DNA of 64,000 bases from Macrostomum hystrix (GCA_950097015.1 CATNEN010000003.1:12896001-12960000), one strand, 5' to 3'. Counted from the stretch's first letter, positions 11,501 to 24,295 are shown. The notes: generated from the sequence alone by a model not told the origin. Numbers and translations are program-made.

Positions 11501-14500
11501 TAACCTACTTTAGTCTAACAGGTAACCTGCTTTAGTCTAACAGGTAAACTGCTTTAGTCTAACAGGCAACGCGCTTTAGTCTAACAGGTAACCTACTTTA
11601 GTCTAACAGGTAACCTACTTTAGTCTAACAGGTAACCTACTTTAGTCTAACAGGTAACCTGCTTTAGTCTAACAGGTAACCCACTTTAGTCTAACAGGTA
11701 ACCTACTTTAGTCTAACAGGTAACCTACTTTAGTCTAACAGGTAACCTGCTTTAGTCTAACAGGTAACCTGCTTTAGTCTAACAGGTAACCTACTTTAGT
11801 CTAACAGGTAACCTACTTTAGTCTAACAGGTAACCTACTTTAGTCTAACAGGTAACCTGCTTTAGTCTAACAGGTAACCAGCTTTAGTTAAACAGGTTGC
11901 GAATCCTGTCTAACATGTAGCTATTTCCCTGTCAGCAATACTCCTTTTGTTTTGCATCATTATTTTGTTATTCTAGGCCGTAATTAAGGGAAACCCTAAA
12001 TATAAAATAATCGGTCAGTGTCATACGGGACAAATTGGAGCAAAAATATTTCACCTGACAAGCAATTATCGTCTATCCCAAATTGCAGCTCAACTCCAGC
12101 TACTACTCAACCAGCATCGGGCATCACATGCTCAACGGTGTTAATGCATCAAACATTGCCATGACAATTGCCGAGCAAAATTCATCTGTGAGTAAACCAG
12201 TGGGCAACTAGTATTTAATGGGACCTATCCATTGCCACGCCTGTTTATAGAAGACTAGTAGCTGGTTAGATAGTCTTTTATTCTACTTTTTTTCACCGGC
12301 TGCAATGCAATGATCAACATGATTTTTTCATCTGACATTATGTCCCCTCCCACTTGCCACGCGATTTCATCTCGTACTTAGCTATGTCTCACAGTTGCAC
12401 CTTAATCTTACCGTCTCATGGAATCAATCTCACCTCAATCTCTCACTGTCTAATACCAATCTCACACAGTCTGCTCTCGATCTCACACAGCTCATCACAA
12501 TCTCATACAGTCTCATCACAATCTCAGTCTGTCTCATCCTAGTCTCACACAGTCTCATCCCAATCTCACACTGTCTTATCCTTCTCTCACACAGTCTCAC
12601 CGCAATCTCACACTGTCTCATCCCAATCTCACACTGTCTCATCCTTCTCTCACACAGTCTCACCACAATCTCACACTGTCTTATCCTAGTCTCACACAGT
12701 CTCATCCCAATCTCGCACAGTCTCATCACAATCTCAGTCTGTCTCATCCCAATCTCACACAGTCTCATCCCAATCTCACACTGTCTCATCCTTCTCTCAC
12801 ACAGTCTCACCACAATCTCACACTGTCTTATCCTAGTCTCACACAGTCTCATCCCAATCTCGCACAGTCTCATCACAATCTCAGTCTGTCTCATCCCAAT
12901 CTCACACAGTCTCATCCCAATCTCACACTGTCTCATCCTTCTCTCACACAGTCTCACCACAATCTCACACTGTCTTATCCTAGTCTCACACAGTCTCATC
13001 CCAATCTCGCACAGTCTCATCACAATCTCAGTCTGTCTCATCCTAGTCTCACACAGTCTCATCCCAATCTCAGACTGTCTCATCCCAATCTCACACAGTA
13101 TCATCCCAATCTCAGATTGTCTTATCCTAATCTCACCTGTCTCATCTTAATCTCTAAATGTCTCATCACAATCTCACACTGTCTCATCCAAATCTCCAAC
13201 TTACAATCCATAACCATAACCAATCAATGACCTACTCACCAGGACTCTGAGAATCGGTGGTTACTCGCAGCCAGACTAACTGACCAAGCTTTCGCAGCTT
13301 ATTCAAACAAATCGGTGACGCGAGCTCCTGATGCCCATGGCGCCCTGATTAGTTGGGACTGCGGTGTCACCCAGCGCGCGACTGCCGGCTTTCAGGACTT
13401 TATATTGGTAGGATTTTGTTCAAATATTAGCAACTGTCACATTTCTGAGAATTGATGACGCCGTTGGGGAGAGAGTCACATTGTTTAGAAGAGAGTGAAT
13501 TTGTTAAAGAGAGAGTGACATACTTTTGGAGAGAGTGACATACTTGTGGAGAGAGTGACATACTTGTACAGGGAGTGACATTGTTGGAAACAGAGTGACA
13601 TACTTTTGGAGAGAGTGACATACTTGTGCAGGGAGTGACATTGTTGGAAACAGAGTGACATACTTTTGGAGAGAGTGACATACTTGTACAGGGAGTGACA
13701 TTGTTGGGGAGAGAGTGACATACTTGTGGAGAGAGTGACATTGTTGGGGAGAGAGTGACATACTTGTTGAGAGAGTGACATACTTGTGGAGAGAGTGACA
13801 TTGTTGGGGAGAGAGTGACATACTTGTGGAGAGAGTGGCATTGTTGGGGAGAGAGTGACATACTTGTTGAGAGAGTGACATACTTGTGGAGAGAGTGACA
13901 TTGTTGGGGAGAGAGTGACATACTTGTTGAGAGAGTGACATACTTGTGAAGAGAGTGACATTGTTGGGGAGAGAGTGACATACTTGAGGAGAGTGACATT
14001 GTTTGGAAGGTATAGTGACATAGTTGGGAAGGTAAGGACATTGTTAGGGAGAGAGTGACAGAGGAGAGAGTGTGTATTGACGAAAAGTTTCACGAGGACA
14101 TTGCTTTTAATAATTTTTCTTCGCCTTTCTCACCCCTAATCTGCACCGCAGCAAGCCGCATCTGGTAGCTTGGGTGTGATCAGCAAGGTGATGGATGTTC
14201 CGGCTCTGAATTTCAGCTTTGAGTTGGCCCACATGTACACAGAGTCCATTGTGCCTGTAAGTAGGGGAGATCAGTAAAAATAATTGCAACAAAAAATTCA
14301 GTCTCACTAAATCTCCCTATCTCCCTCTCACTATCTATCTCTCACTATCTCCCTCTCCCTATCTCCCCCTCCCTATCTCCCCCTCCCTATCTCCCTCTCA
14401 CTATCTCCCTCTCCCAATCTCCCTCTCCCTATCTCCCTCTCCCTATCTCCCTCTCCCTATCTCCCTCTCCCTATCTCCCTCTCCCTATCTCCCTCTCCCT

Positions 14501-17500
14501 ATCTCCCTCTCCCAATCTCCCTCTCCCTATCTCCCTCTCCCTATCTCCCTCTCCCTATCTCCCTCTCCCAATCTCCCTCTCCCTATCTCCCTCTCCCTAT
14601 CTCCCTCTCCCAATCTCCCTCTCCCTATCTCCCTCTCCCTATCTCCCTCTCACTATCTCCCTCTCCCAATCTCCCTCTCCCTATCTCCCTCTCACTATCT
14701 CCCTCTCCCAATCTCCCTCTCCCTATCTCCCTCTCCCAATCTCCCTCTCCCTATCTCCCTCTCCCTATCTCCCTCTCCCTATCTCCCTCTCCCAATCTCC
14801 CTCTCCCTATCTCCCTCTCCCTATCTCCCTCTCACTATCTCCCTCTCCCAATCTCCCTCTCCCTATCTCCCTCTCACTATCTCCCTCTCCCAATCTCCCT
14901 CTCCCTATCTCCCTCTCCCTATCTCCCTCTCCCTATCTCCCTCTCCCAATCTCCCTCTCCCTATCTCCCTCTCACTATCTCCCTCTCCCAATCTCCCTCT
15001 CCCTATCTCCCTCTCCCTATCTCCCTCTCACTATCTCCCTCTCCCAATCTCCCTCTCCCTATCTCCATCTCCCTATCTCCCTCTTCCAGTATCTTTCCCA
15101 ATCTCCTATCTACTTCTCACAATAGTTCGCCAGCTGGTCCTTCGGGGCAGGATTTCATCAGCTGCCAAACTCCAGCTCAACTCATCGCAGAATCCAACAG
15201 ACATTTGTCTCTAGTCAGAACTTGTCAATAGCCACAGTTGAATATCCGCCATTTGTGATGTACCGCACACACGACGACAACGGTAATCCGGTGTTTGGCA
15301 ACGATCGCTGGTTTGGCTACGCTATTGAGTTATTCTCACGCATTGCCGAATTGAATAACTTAAAGTACAGCTTTCATCGAGTGTTCGATGGCAATTTTGG
15401 CGTTCCTGTCAGCTCAAGCGGCGATGCTGAGCAATGGAACGGTCTAGTCTATGAGCTCATGAACGGCATGGCTGATGTGGCTGTTGGCCCTCTGACTGTC
15501 ACCTATGAAAGAGAGAGGGTGAGAATCTTTTCTGCAATACCTGAAAACTGACACATAATTTTTTATTTGGCACTCCCCCACCCCAACACCCCAACAATGT
15601 CACTCACTCCAAAATATGTTACTCCTTCCCAACAATGTCACTCCTTACCGAACTATGTCACTCTATCTTTTCAGCAATGTCACTCCCTCCTCAACAATGT
15701 CACTTCTCCCAAACAATGTCACTACCTTTCTAAAAATGTCACCCCCTAACCAAAAATGACATTTTCTTCCTAAAAATGTCACTCCCTCCTTAACCATGTC
15801 ACTCCCTCCTTAACAATATCACTCCCTCCTTAACCATGTCACTCCCTCCTTAACAATGTCACTCCCTCCTTAACAATGTCACTCCCTCCTTAACAATGTC
15901 ACTCCCTCCATAACAACTTCATTCCCTCCTTAACAATGTCACTCCCTCCATAACAATTTCATTCCCTCCTTAACAATGTCATTCCCTCCTTAACAATGTC
16001 ACTCCCTCCTTAACAATGTCACTCCCTCCTTAACAATGTCACTCCCTCCATAACAATTTCATTCCCTCCTTAACAATGTCACTCCCTCCTTAACAATGTC
16101 ACTACCTTGTCTAGCCAAGATTATAGGTCTGAGTTCGATTTTTCTTTCCGTGGTCAGATGATAACTTTGCAAAGCCGTGAAATTTTTTTTACTGCCGAAA
16201 CTGCCATTCAAATAACGCAAAACTAGAATTACTATATAGAATATTGCCGAAACAGTAGTAAGTGAACAAGTTATTCTCAATCTTACATTCCGTTTTGTGC
16301 GTTTAACCATTGAGTTACTCTGATATGCCCTTTGCTAAAAAAAACAAGAAGGATGAATCGATGCGGAAGTTGTCTCTTTTTTCCTAGCGTGCGAAAAAGT
16401 TTTAACTATCCTTTGTAATGCACCTGTTTAGTCACCCTGTCTCCCGTCATACTATTTTTACGTTCGCGTTTTTTGTTCACTGAAAATCGACGTCGAATGC
16501 TAAGGCAGTCGACTAGGATTTTTTGCTAGTGAAACACTACGCATATAATAAGGACCATTTCTATAATAAAACTTACATTAGGCAACTAGATATGCACCAT
16601 AGGCTATTTTTAGAATAGAATCCCAGTCGTAAAATCCTGTAATTAGGAGTAAATGAATCCCCAGCGTAGGAATCCCGCAGGTCGCGAATCCCGATACGGA
16701 CAATCCTAGGAGATTCTGATTAGGGAAATACTTAGCGATTTCCTAAACATGGAGTTTCTTGGAATCCCCAATTAGGAAAATCCCTTGGTAGTCCCAATTT
16801 TATATTAATGTTTACCAAAACCGTGATTGGGTAATCCAAAATCGTGGAAATCCTCGGGTAATAATTTTTTGGGAAATCCATGGGGAATCCTAATTAATCA
16901 TTCCTTTGGAAATCCCAATCGGGGAATCCTTGGGAAATCCCCATTAGGGAAATTCATGGTAATCCTAATTAGGTAACCCTATGGGAATCCAAATCGTGGA
17001 AATCCATGGGAATCACAAGACGAGGGAATCCTTGGGGAATCCCAAGATGAGGGAATTCTCAGATCAGGAGATCTTGGGGAATTCCCAGATCTACAGATAT
17101 CCTGATCTGGGAATCTCAATACCAGATTAATCCAGCTCTCGCTAAACAGTAGCCTTTTTTCCTAAATTATCGTCAGGTGATCGATTTCACGACGCCATTC
17201 ATGAGTGTCGGCCTGTCATTGATGATGAAGCAAGCTGTGGATTTGCCGGACCTATTCCAGTTTCTGAATCCGTTTCACCGTGATGTCTGGCTCTACACTC
17301 TGTTGGCATTGGCTGTGACAACGGTCTTAATCTTCGTCATTGCGCGGCTCAGTCCATACGAATGGTTCGTGAAATCTCCGTGCAGTTCGTCTATTGAGAA
17401 TTCCTGGACTATGCACAATGCTCTGTGGTTCTCTGTGAGCTCGCTGCTTCAGCAGGGCTGCGAAAACTCACCGGCCGCCCCTTCGGCTCGCGTCGCTGGA

Positions 17501-20186
17501 ACATTCTGGTGGTTCTTCATTCTGGTATTCATCAGCAGCTATACGGCAAATTTAGCTGCCTTCCTAACAGTCAATAAGCTCAACGATGTGTCAACAGTGA
17601 ACCAACTAGCCAATCAGGACAGAATCAAATATGGAGCCATTCCATCTGGGGCCACTTACAACTTCTTCATGGTGAGCTGTGTGTCCGTTAGGGGTGTCCT
17701 TGGTGTGTCCGTTAGGGGTGTCCTTGGTGTGTCCATTAGGGGTGTCCTTGGTGTGTCTGTCTCTTGGGTGTGTCCTTGGTGTGTCTGTCTCTTGGGTGTG
17801 TCCTTGGTGTGTCCGTTAGGGGTGTCCTTGGTGTGTCTGTCTCTTGGTGGTGTCCTTGGTGTGTCTGTCTCTTGGTGGTGTCCTTGGTGTGTCTGTCTCT
17901 TGGGTGTGTCCTTGGTGTGTCTGTCTCATGGTGGTGTCCTTGGTGTGTCTGTCTCTTGGGTGTGTCCTTGGTGTGTCTGTCTCTTGGGTGTGTCCTTGGT
18001 GTGTCTGTCTCTTGGGTGTGTCCTTGGTGTGTCTGTCTCATGGTGGTGTCCTTGGTGTGTCTGTCTCTTGGGTGTGTCCTTGGTGTGTCTGTCTCTTGGG
18101 TGTGTCCTTGGTGTGTCTGTCTCTTGGGTGTGTCCTTGGTGTGTCTGTCTCTTGGGTGTGTCCTTGGTGTGTCTGTCTCTTGGGTGTGTCCTTGGTGTGT
18201 CTGTCTCTTGGGTCTTTTTGGCTCATATACTGCTTGCTATCTTGTTGTCGAGGCTTGTCTTGTCTTTCGTTGATCTTGAGACCAATTAAATTTCAGCTGC
18301 ACTTCAGTAAAAGCAAAGGGAAATCTTTTTAATTCTTTTAATGACCCAGGCGTCCCCGGGGAAATAGATATTTTTTAATTATTGATTATGGAAAGTTTGA
18401 TTACGCGGTTTAAAAAAGATGCTTTATTAGTTCATTCGTCATCGATACCGGCTAATTGGATAAATGGCTAATTAATTTTTCATGCTGCTTCTCTGATGGT
18501 GTGGATTAATTTCCTAATAGCTACTTGTGACTGCTTGTGTTCTTCATGTCCAAATTCAGTAATTTAATTATACGTTCTTCACTTTAGGATTCCCGAACTT
18601 GGGATTTCCCAGACTTGAAATTCATAGCATTTGTTAATCCCTCTCTTGGAATTCATAGCTTTCGGGATTCCCAGAACTTGTGCTCCCCGAATTAAAGATT
18701 CCCAGATTAGGAATTTCCTGGATTTAGGATTCCCCGCAATTATTATTTCCCTGCACTCGGGATTCCCCAAACGTGTGATTCTCCGAACTTGGGATTCCCG
18801 AACTAGGGATTCACCGTGCTTGGGATTGCCCGAACTTGGGATTCTCCGCACTTAATTTGACATTAAATTTCCAACCGAATTCTTATCAGAGCACATCGGA
18901 TCCGACCTACCAGAAGATGTACAAGCAGATGAAATTTTGGAACGACTCCGGCGAATCTGTTTTCCTGACGATGGCGCAGGGCATTGAACGAGTCCGGCAA
19001 GGTGGATTCGCCTTCATTGTGGAATCTCCGACGAATCTGTTCTACCGCGAGAGGGACCCCCACTGCAGCTTACTCCAGGTGGGAGATATATTCAACCCCG
19101 GAACCTACAGCTTCGCGGTTGTTCAAGGCAGTAAGTGGACTAATCTAATCTAATCTAATCTAATCTAATCTAATCTAATCTAATCTAATCTAATCTAATC
19201 TAATCATCTCTCTGTCAGATGCAATTCTACGCGACATGATTACGCAATCTATTCTCAAGCTGATGCTTGAGCAGTACACTGAGCAACTGTCTAGGCGTTG
19301 GCTGACCCAGTTCAACACAACTCAGCAGCCGTGCAGTTTGAGAAAGGACTCATCCGCCACTGCATCGACCGGCCAGCTGTCTATTGACGCTTTTCACGGC
19401 CTCTTCCTCACGCTGGGCTGCGGCCTCGCTTTGGCGCTGGTTGTGCTCATGCTGGAGATTGGCGCTAAGCTCTTGCTGCTCAGAGGAGCGAAGGTTGGCC
19501 TCACTAATATTATCTCACTCAACCACTCGACCACAATAGAATTAAATTTGTTACTTACTCGTATCAATTCGATAAGCTGCGACGATTTCTTTATTATTCT
19601 CTTTGATGTGCCGCCAGCGTTTTATTTATTGTACCGCCATCACACCTTTTGATGTGCCGCCATCATTTCCTTTGATCCACCGCCATCATTCCATTTGATC
19701 CACCGCCACCATTCCCTTTGATCCACCGCCACCATTCCCTTTGATCCACCACCATCATTCCATTTGATCCACCGCCACCATTCCCTTTGACCCACCGCCA
19801 TCATTCCCTTTGATCCACCGCCACCATTCCCTTTGATCCACCACCATCATTCCCTTTGATCCGCCGCCATCATTCCCTTTGATATTCCACCACTATTTAT
19901 CTTGATTTAACGCCATCATTATCTTTGATATGGGCACAATCCATTGTGTTTGATGTGCCGCCAATTCCACAACCCCACTGCTGCATTGCAGACGAAGGTG
20001 TGGGCTAATCTCAGCGCCATGACAATGCGAGCCATCTCTGGCACAGATCAACGAAGCATAAGCACAGCCGCTTACGAAATTGATCAGGAAAATCACAAAA
20101 TTTCTAACACCTATCTTCAACCTGGAATCGCATCTCCGCCTGTTGCCAATGGGCACAACAGGCAATGCAGAACAAGCGTGCTTTGA
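8581..20186 (+). CDS. Ionotropic glutamate receptor, non-NMDA (kainate/AMPA-like), 13 exons: 8581-8677, 9201-9293, 9456-9725, 10296-10471, 10562-10615, 12089-12187, 13243-13407, 14152-14256, 15126-15518, 17177-17671, 18890-19130, 19219-19493, 19992-20186
   Basis: All exons chain in frame with GT-AG. Features: signal peptide; ATD; S1 (EYPPF..WNGLV..ADVAVGPLTVTYERERVIDFTTPF); M1; pore SLLQQG (Q at the Q/R site); M3 SYTANLAAF; S2 (GATYNFF, FAFIVES); M4; C-terminal -SVL class I PDZ-like motif. The 5' ATD exons are less certain than the core. Confidence 0.9.
8762..9120. repeat. 24-bp minisatellite (ctgtcttggtctgacattcccaat)n
   Basis: Tandem units in iGluR intron 1. Confidence 0.95.
9300..9441. 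repeat. 20-bp minisatellite (cttcctgactcacctgtata)n filling most of iGluR intron 2
   Basis: About 7 units between the donor at 9294 and the acceptor at 9455. Confidence 0.9.
10655..11897. repeat. 22-bp minisatellite (ctaacaggtaacctgctttagt)n
   Basis: About 56 units in iGluR intron 5. Confidence 0.97.
12430..13190. repeat. 21-bp minisatellite (tctcacacagtctcatcccaa)n with higher-order pattern
   Basis: Tandem units in iGluR intron 6. Confidence 0.93.
13465..14062. repeat. About 20-bp minisatellite (gagagtgacattgttggg / gagagtgacatacttgtg)n
   Basis: Tandem units in iGluR intron 7. Confidence 0.93.
14310..15085. repeat. 14-bp pyrimidine minisatellite (ctatctccctctcc)n
   Basis: Tandem units in iGluR intron 8. 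Confidence 0.95.
15590..16103. repeat. 20-bp minisatellite (aacaatgtcactccctcctt)n, reverse-complement relative of 13465-14062
   Basis: aacaatgtcactc is the reverse complement of gagtgacattgtt. Confidence 0.93.
16615..17120. repeat. Degenerate gggaatcc-core repeat upstream of the iGluR pore exon
   Basis: Many imperfect gggaatcc/gggaaatcc units. Confidence 0.7.
17679..18212. repeat. About 28-bp minisatellite (ccttggtgtgtctgtctcttgggtgtgt)n starting right after the exon 10 donor
   Basis: Tandem units; these explain the spurious tail of ORF 17177-18289. Confidence 0.93.
18585..18848. repeat. Degenerate ggattccc-core repeat (inverse of 16615-17120)
   Basis: Imperfect units cttgggattcccgaa. Confidence 0.7.
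19140..19205. repeat. (ctaat)n microsatellite filling iGluR intron 11
   Basis: Direct observation. Confidence 0.95.
19645..19885. repeat. 23-bp minisatellite (ttgatccaccgccaccattccct)n
   Basis: Tandem units in iGluR intron 12. Confidence 0.9.
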
Positions 20187-20342
20187 TTCGTTGTTTAACT
20201 GTAAAATATTTTGTACAATTATGATTGATTTTTTAAACCAAACATGTCACCTTAAGTCTTATTCCTTAGCTCAAGAAAAATTCAAGAAAAAAAAATACAA
20301 GCGTCGCGTGTCTTAAAAATTTAAGCTCCGAAAGTAATTAAT

Positions 20343-23300
20343 CTGTCTTCAATGTCATCAGTTTCCCCACTCAGTGAATTAGTCTTCAAGATCATCAGTT
20401 TCCCCAAATTCACTTGTCTTCAATGTTATCACTTCCCCAAATTCACTTGTCTTCAAGGTCATCAGTTTCCCCACTCAGTGAATTAGTCTTCAAGATCATC
20501 AGTTTCCCCAAATTCACTTGTCTTCAATGTTATCACTTCCCCAAATTCACTTGTCTTCAAGGTCATCGGTTTCCCCAAATTCACTTGTCTTCAAGGTCAT
20601 CACTTCCCCAAATTCACTTGTCTTCAAGGTCATCGGTTTCCCCAAATTCACTTGTCTTCAAGGTCATCAGTTTCCCCGAATTCACTTGTCTTCAAGGTCA
20701 TCGGTTTCCCCAAATTCACTTGTCTTCAAGGTCATCAGTTTCCCCAAATTCACTTGTCTTCAAGGTCATCAGTTTCCCCGAATTCACTTGTCTTCAAGGT
20801 CATCAGTTTCCCCAAATTCACTTGTCTTCAAGGTCATCGGTTTCCCCAAATTCACTTGTCTTCAAGGTCTTCGGTTTCCCCAAATTCACTTGTCTTCAAG
20901 GTCATCGGTTTCCCCAAATTCACTTGTCTTTAAAGCCGTCAGCTTCGCTAATACCCAAGTCTTCGAGGTCATCAGTTTCCCCGAATTCACTTGTCTTCAA
21001 GGCCATCAGTTTCCCCGAATTCACTTGTCTTCAAGGTCATCAGTTTCCCCAAATTCACTTGTCTTCAAGGTCATCAGTTTCCCCAAATTGACTTGTCTTC
21101 AAGGTCATCGATTTCCCCAAATTCACTTGTCTTCATGGTCATCGGTTTCCCCAAATTCACTTGTCTTCAAGGTCTTCGGTTTCCCCAAATTCACTTGTTT
21201 TCAAGGTCATCGGTTTCCCCAAATTCACTTGTCTTCAAGGTCTTCGGTTTCCCCAAATTCACTTGTCTTCAAGGTCATCGGTTTCCCCAAATTCACTTGT
21301 CTTTAAAGCCGTCAGCTTCGCTAATACCCAAGTCTTCGAGGTCATCAGTTTCCCCGAATTCACTTGTCTTCAAGGCCATCAGTTTCCCCGAATTCACTTG
21401 TCTTCAAGGTCATCAGTTTCCCCAAATTCACTTGTCTTCAAGGTCATCAGTTTCCCCGAATTCACTTGTCTTCAAGGTCATCGGTTTCCCCAAATTCACT
21501 TGTCTTCAAGGTCATCAGTTTCCCCAAATTGACTTGTCTTCAAGGTCATCGATTTCCCCAAATTCACTTGTCTTCAAGGTCATCGGTTTCCCCAAATTCA
21601 CTTGTCTTCAAGGTCATCAGTTTCCCCAAATTCACTTGTCTTCAAGGTCATCAGTTTCCCCGAATTCACTTGTCTTCAAGGTCATCAGTTTCCCCAAATT
21701 CACTTGTCTTCAAGGTCATCAGTTTCCCCAAATTCACTTGTCTTCAAGTTCATCAGTTTCCCCGAATTCACTTGTCTTCAAGGTCATCAGTTTCCCCAAA
21801 TTCACTTGTCTTCAAGGTCATCAGTTTCCCCGAATTCACTTGTCTTCAAGGTCATCAGTTTCCCCAAATTCACTTGTCTTCAAGGTCATCGATTTCCCCA
21901 AATTCACTTGTCTTCAATGTCATCAGTTTCCCCAAATTCACTTGTCTTCAAGGTCATCAGTTTCCCCAAATTCACTTGTCTTCAAGGTCATCGGTTTCCC
22001 CAAATTCACTTGTCCTCAAGGTCATCAGTTTCCCCAAATTCACTTGTCTTCAAGGTCATCAGTTTCCCCAAATTCACTTGTCTTCAAGTTCATCAGTTTC
22101 CCCGAATTCACTTGTCTTCAAGGTCATCAGTTTCCCCAAATTCACTTGTCTTCAAGGTCATCAGTTTCCCCGAATTCACTTGTCTTCAAGGTCATCAGTT
22201 TCCCCAAATTCACTTGTCTTCAAGGTCATCAGTTTCCCCGAATTCACTTGTCTTCAATGTCATCAGTTTCCCCAAATTCACTTGTCTTCAAGGTCATCGG
22301 TTTCCCCAAATTCACTTGTCCTCAAGGTCATCGGTTTCCCCAAATTCACTTGTTTTCAAGGTCATCGGTTTCCCCAAATTCACTTGTCTTCAAGGTCTTC
22401 GGTTTCCCCAAATTCACTTGTCTTCAAGGTCATCGGTTTCCCCAAATTCACTTGTCTTTAAAGCCGTCAGCTTCGCTAATACCCAAGTCTTCGAGGTCAT
22501 CAGTTTCCCCGAATTCACTTGTCTTCAAGGCCATCAGTTTCCCCGAATTCACTTGTCTTCAAGGTCATCAGTTTCCCCAAATTCACTTGTCTTCAAGGTC
22601 ATCAGTTTCCCCGAATTCACTTGTCTTCAAGGTCATCGGTTTCCCCAAATTCACTTGTCTTCAAGGTCATCAGTTTCCCCAAATTGACTTGTCTTCAAGG
22701 TCATCGATTTCCCCAAATTCACTTGTCTTCAAGGTCATCGGTTTCCCCAAATTCACTTGTCTTCAAGGTCATCAGTTTCCCCAAATTGACTTGTCTTCAA
22801 GGTCATCGATTTCCCCAAATTCACTTGTCCTAATGGTCATCGGTTTCCCCAAATTCACTTGTCTTCAAGGTCTTCGGTTTCCCCAAATTCACTTGTCTTC
22901 AAGGTCATCGGTTTCCCCAAATTCACTTGTCTTTAAAGCCGTCAGCTTCGCTAATACCCAAGTCTTCGAGGTCATCAGTTTCCCCGAATTCACTTGTCTT
23001 CAAGGTCATCAGTTTCCCCAAATTCACTTGTCTTCAAGTTCATCAGTTTCCCCGAATACACTTGTCTTCAAGGTCATCAGTTCCCCAAATTCACTTGTCT
23101 TCAAGGTCATCGGTTTCCCCAAATTCACTTGTCTTCAAGGTCATCAGTTTCCCCAAATTCACTTGTCTTCAAGGTCATCAGTTTCCCCGAATTCACTTGT
23201 CTTCAAGGTCATCAGTTTCCCCGAATTCACTTGTCTTCAAGGTCATCAGTTTCCCCAAATTCACTTGTCTTCAAGGTCTTCGGTTTCCCCAAATTCACTT

Positions 23301-23350
23301 GTCTTTAAAGCCGTCAGCTTCGCTAATACCCAAGTCTTCAAGGTCATTGA
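20343..23350. repeat. 3-kb array of 34-bp units (aaattcacttgtcttcaaggtcatcagtttcccc)n with a recurrent variant unit
   Basis: Highly homogeneous tandem units just 3' of the iGluR stop. Confidence 0.97.
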
Positions 23351-23809
23351 CTTTCATGATTAATTAATAAAACTTTGAAATCGTTGCATTCCGTACGTCA
23401 AATAAAATATTCCTACATTTTTCTCTAGCATGCCACGAGTAAGAATGGCAATTTTATCTAGGTTTATGTTACATTTTTCGATTAGATCATTTTTATGCTC
23501 GCTGAGATTTAAGTTGCATTGAAATTTAATCTTACTGCAAATATCCGCCCTGTAGCCAGACGTCAGACAACTAAGGAGAGATTCAAGTCAATGGACTCGA
23601 GGATTTAACACGAAACCTGGCAATAAAGTTTAATCCATCAATGCTTAGAGGATTAATCCTTATCGCATGCTGATTAGTTGATCCAACAAAGCAGTAGTAA
23701 CACAGGAAATCGAGGGCTTCCTATTATATTTGGCTCTTTTTGGCAAATAGAATGTATAAATGTAAATTTAAATACTAGTAAATGTAAAAATAGTTTTATA
23801 GCTCGATTA

Positions 23810-23942
23810 TGGGTGAGATGAGAGGGGTATTAAGGGTGAGATGAGAGGGATATTAAGGGTGAGATGAGAGGGGTATTAAGGGTGAGATGAGAGGGGTATT
23901 AAGGGTGAGATGAGAGGGGTATTAAGGGTGAGATGCGAGGGA
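23810..23942. repeat. 23-bp minisatellite (aagggtgagatgagaggggtatt)n
   Basis: About 5-6 units. Confidence 0.9.
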
Positions 23943-24295
23943 GGTGTGGGTTATTTAGGGAGGTAGTTTTTATACGCGTAGGTCATAAATTCCTGGGCAT
24001 GCACAAGTACCAATAATTTTATCAGTGAAGGGTAATGTTAAGGCATATATCTGGGTACATGATTCATTGGTAGCGAAGGCTGATAGGCTGTGCCGGGCAA
24101 TTTAAGCGTAGTTACAAGCGCATAAGAATGTATCCGTTGTCAAATTTACCCATAAAGTGCATAGGCATATAGCAGTATCGATTATTTAAAGCTTAATGTG
24201 CGAATAGCAAAATGCTTTTCGCTATCTTTTGACTGAAACAAGCAGACTAAGTGATAATTTGTGCGGCCCAGAACATAATCTAATCTAGTGGGAGT

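Noticed and set aside
17672-18332. Cys/Val-rich extension of the iGluR ORF
   Set aside because: Intronic minisatellite after the ATG|gtgagc donor
20414-23367. Long overlapping ORFs up to 790 aa
   Set aside because: Translations of the stop-poor 34-bp satellite, open in all three frames, with no protein signature
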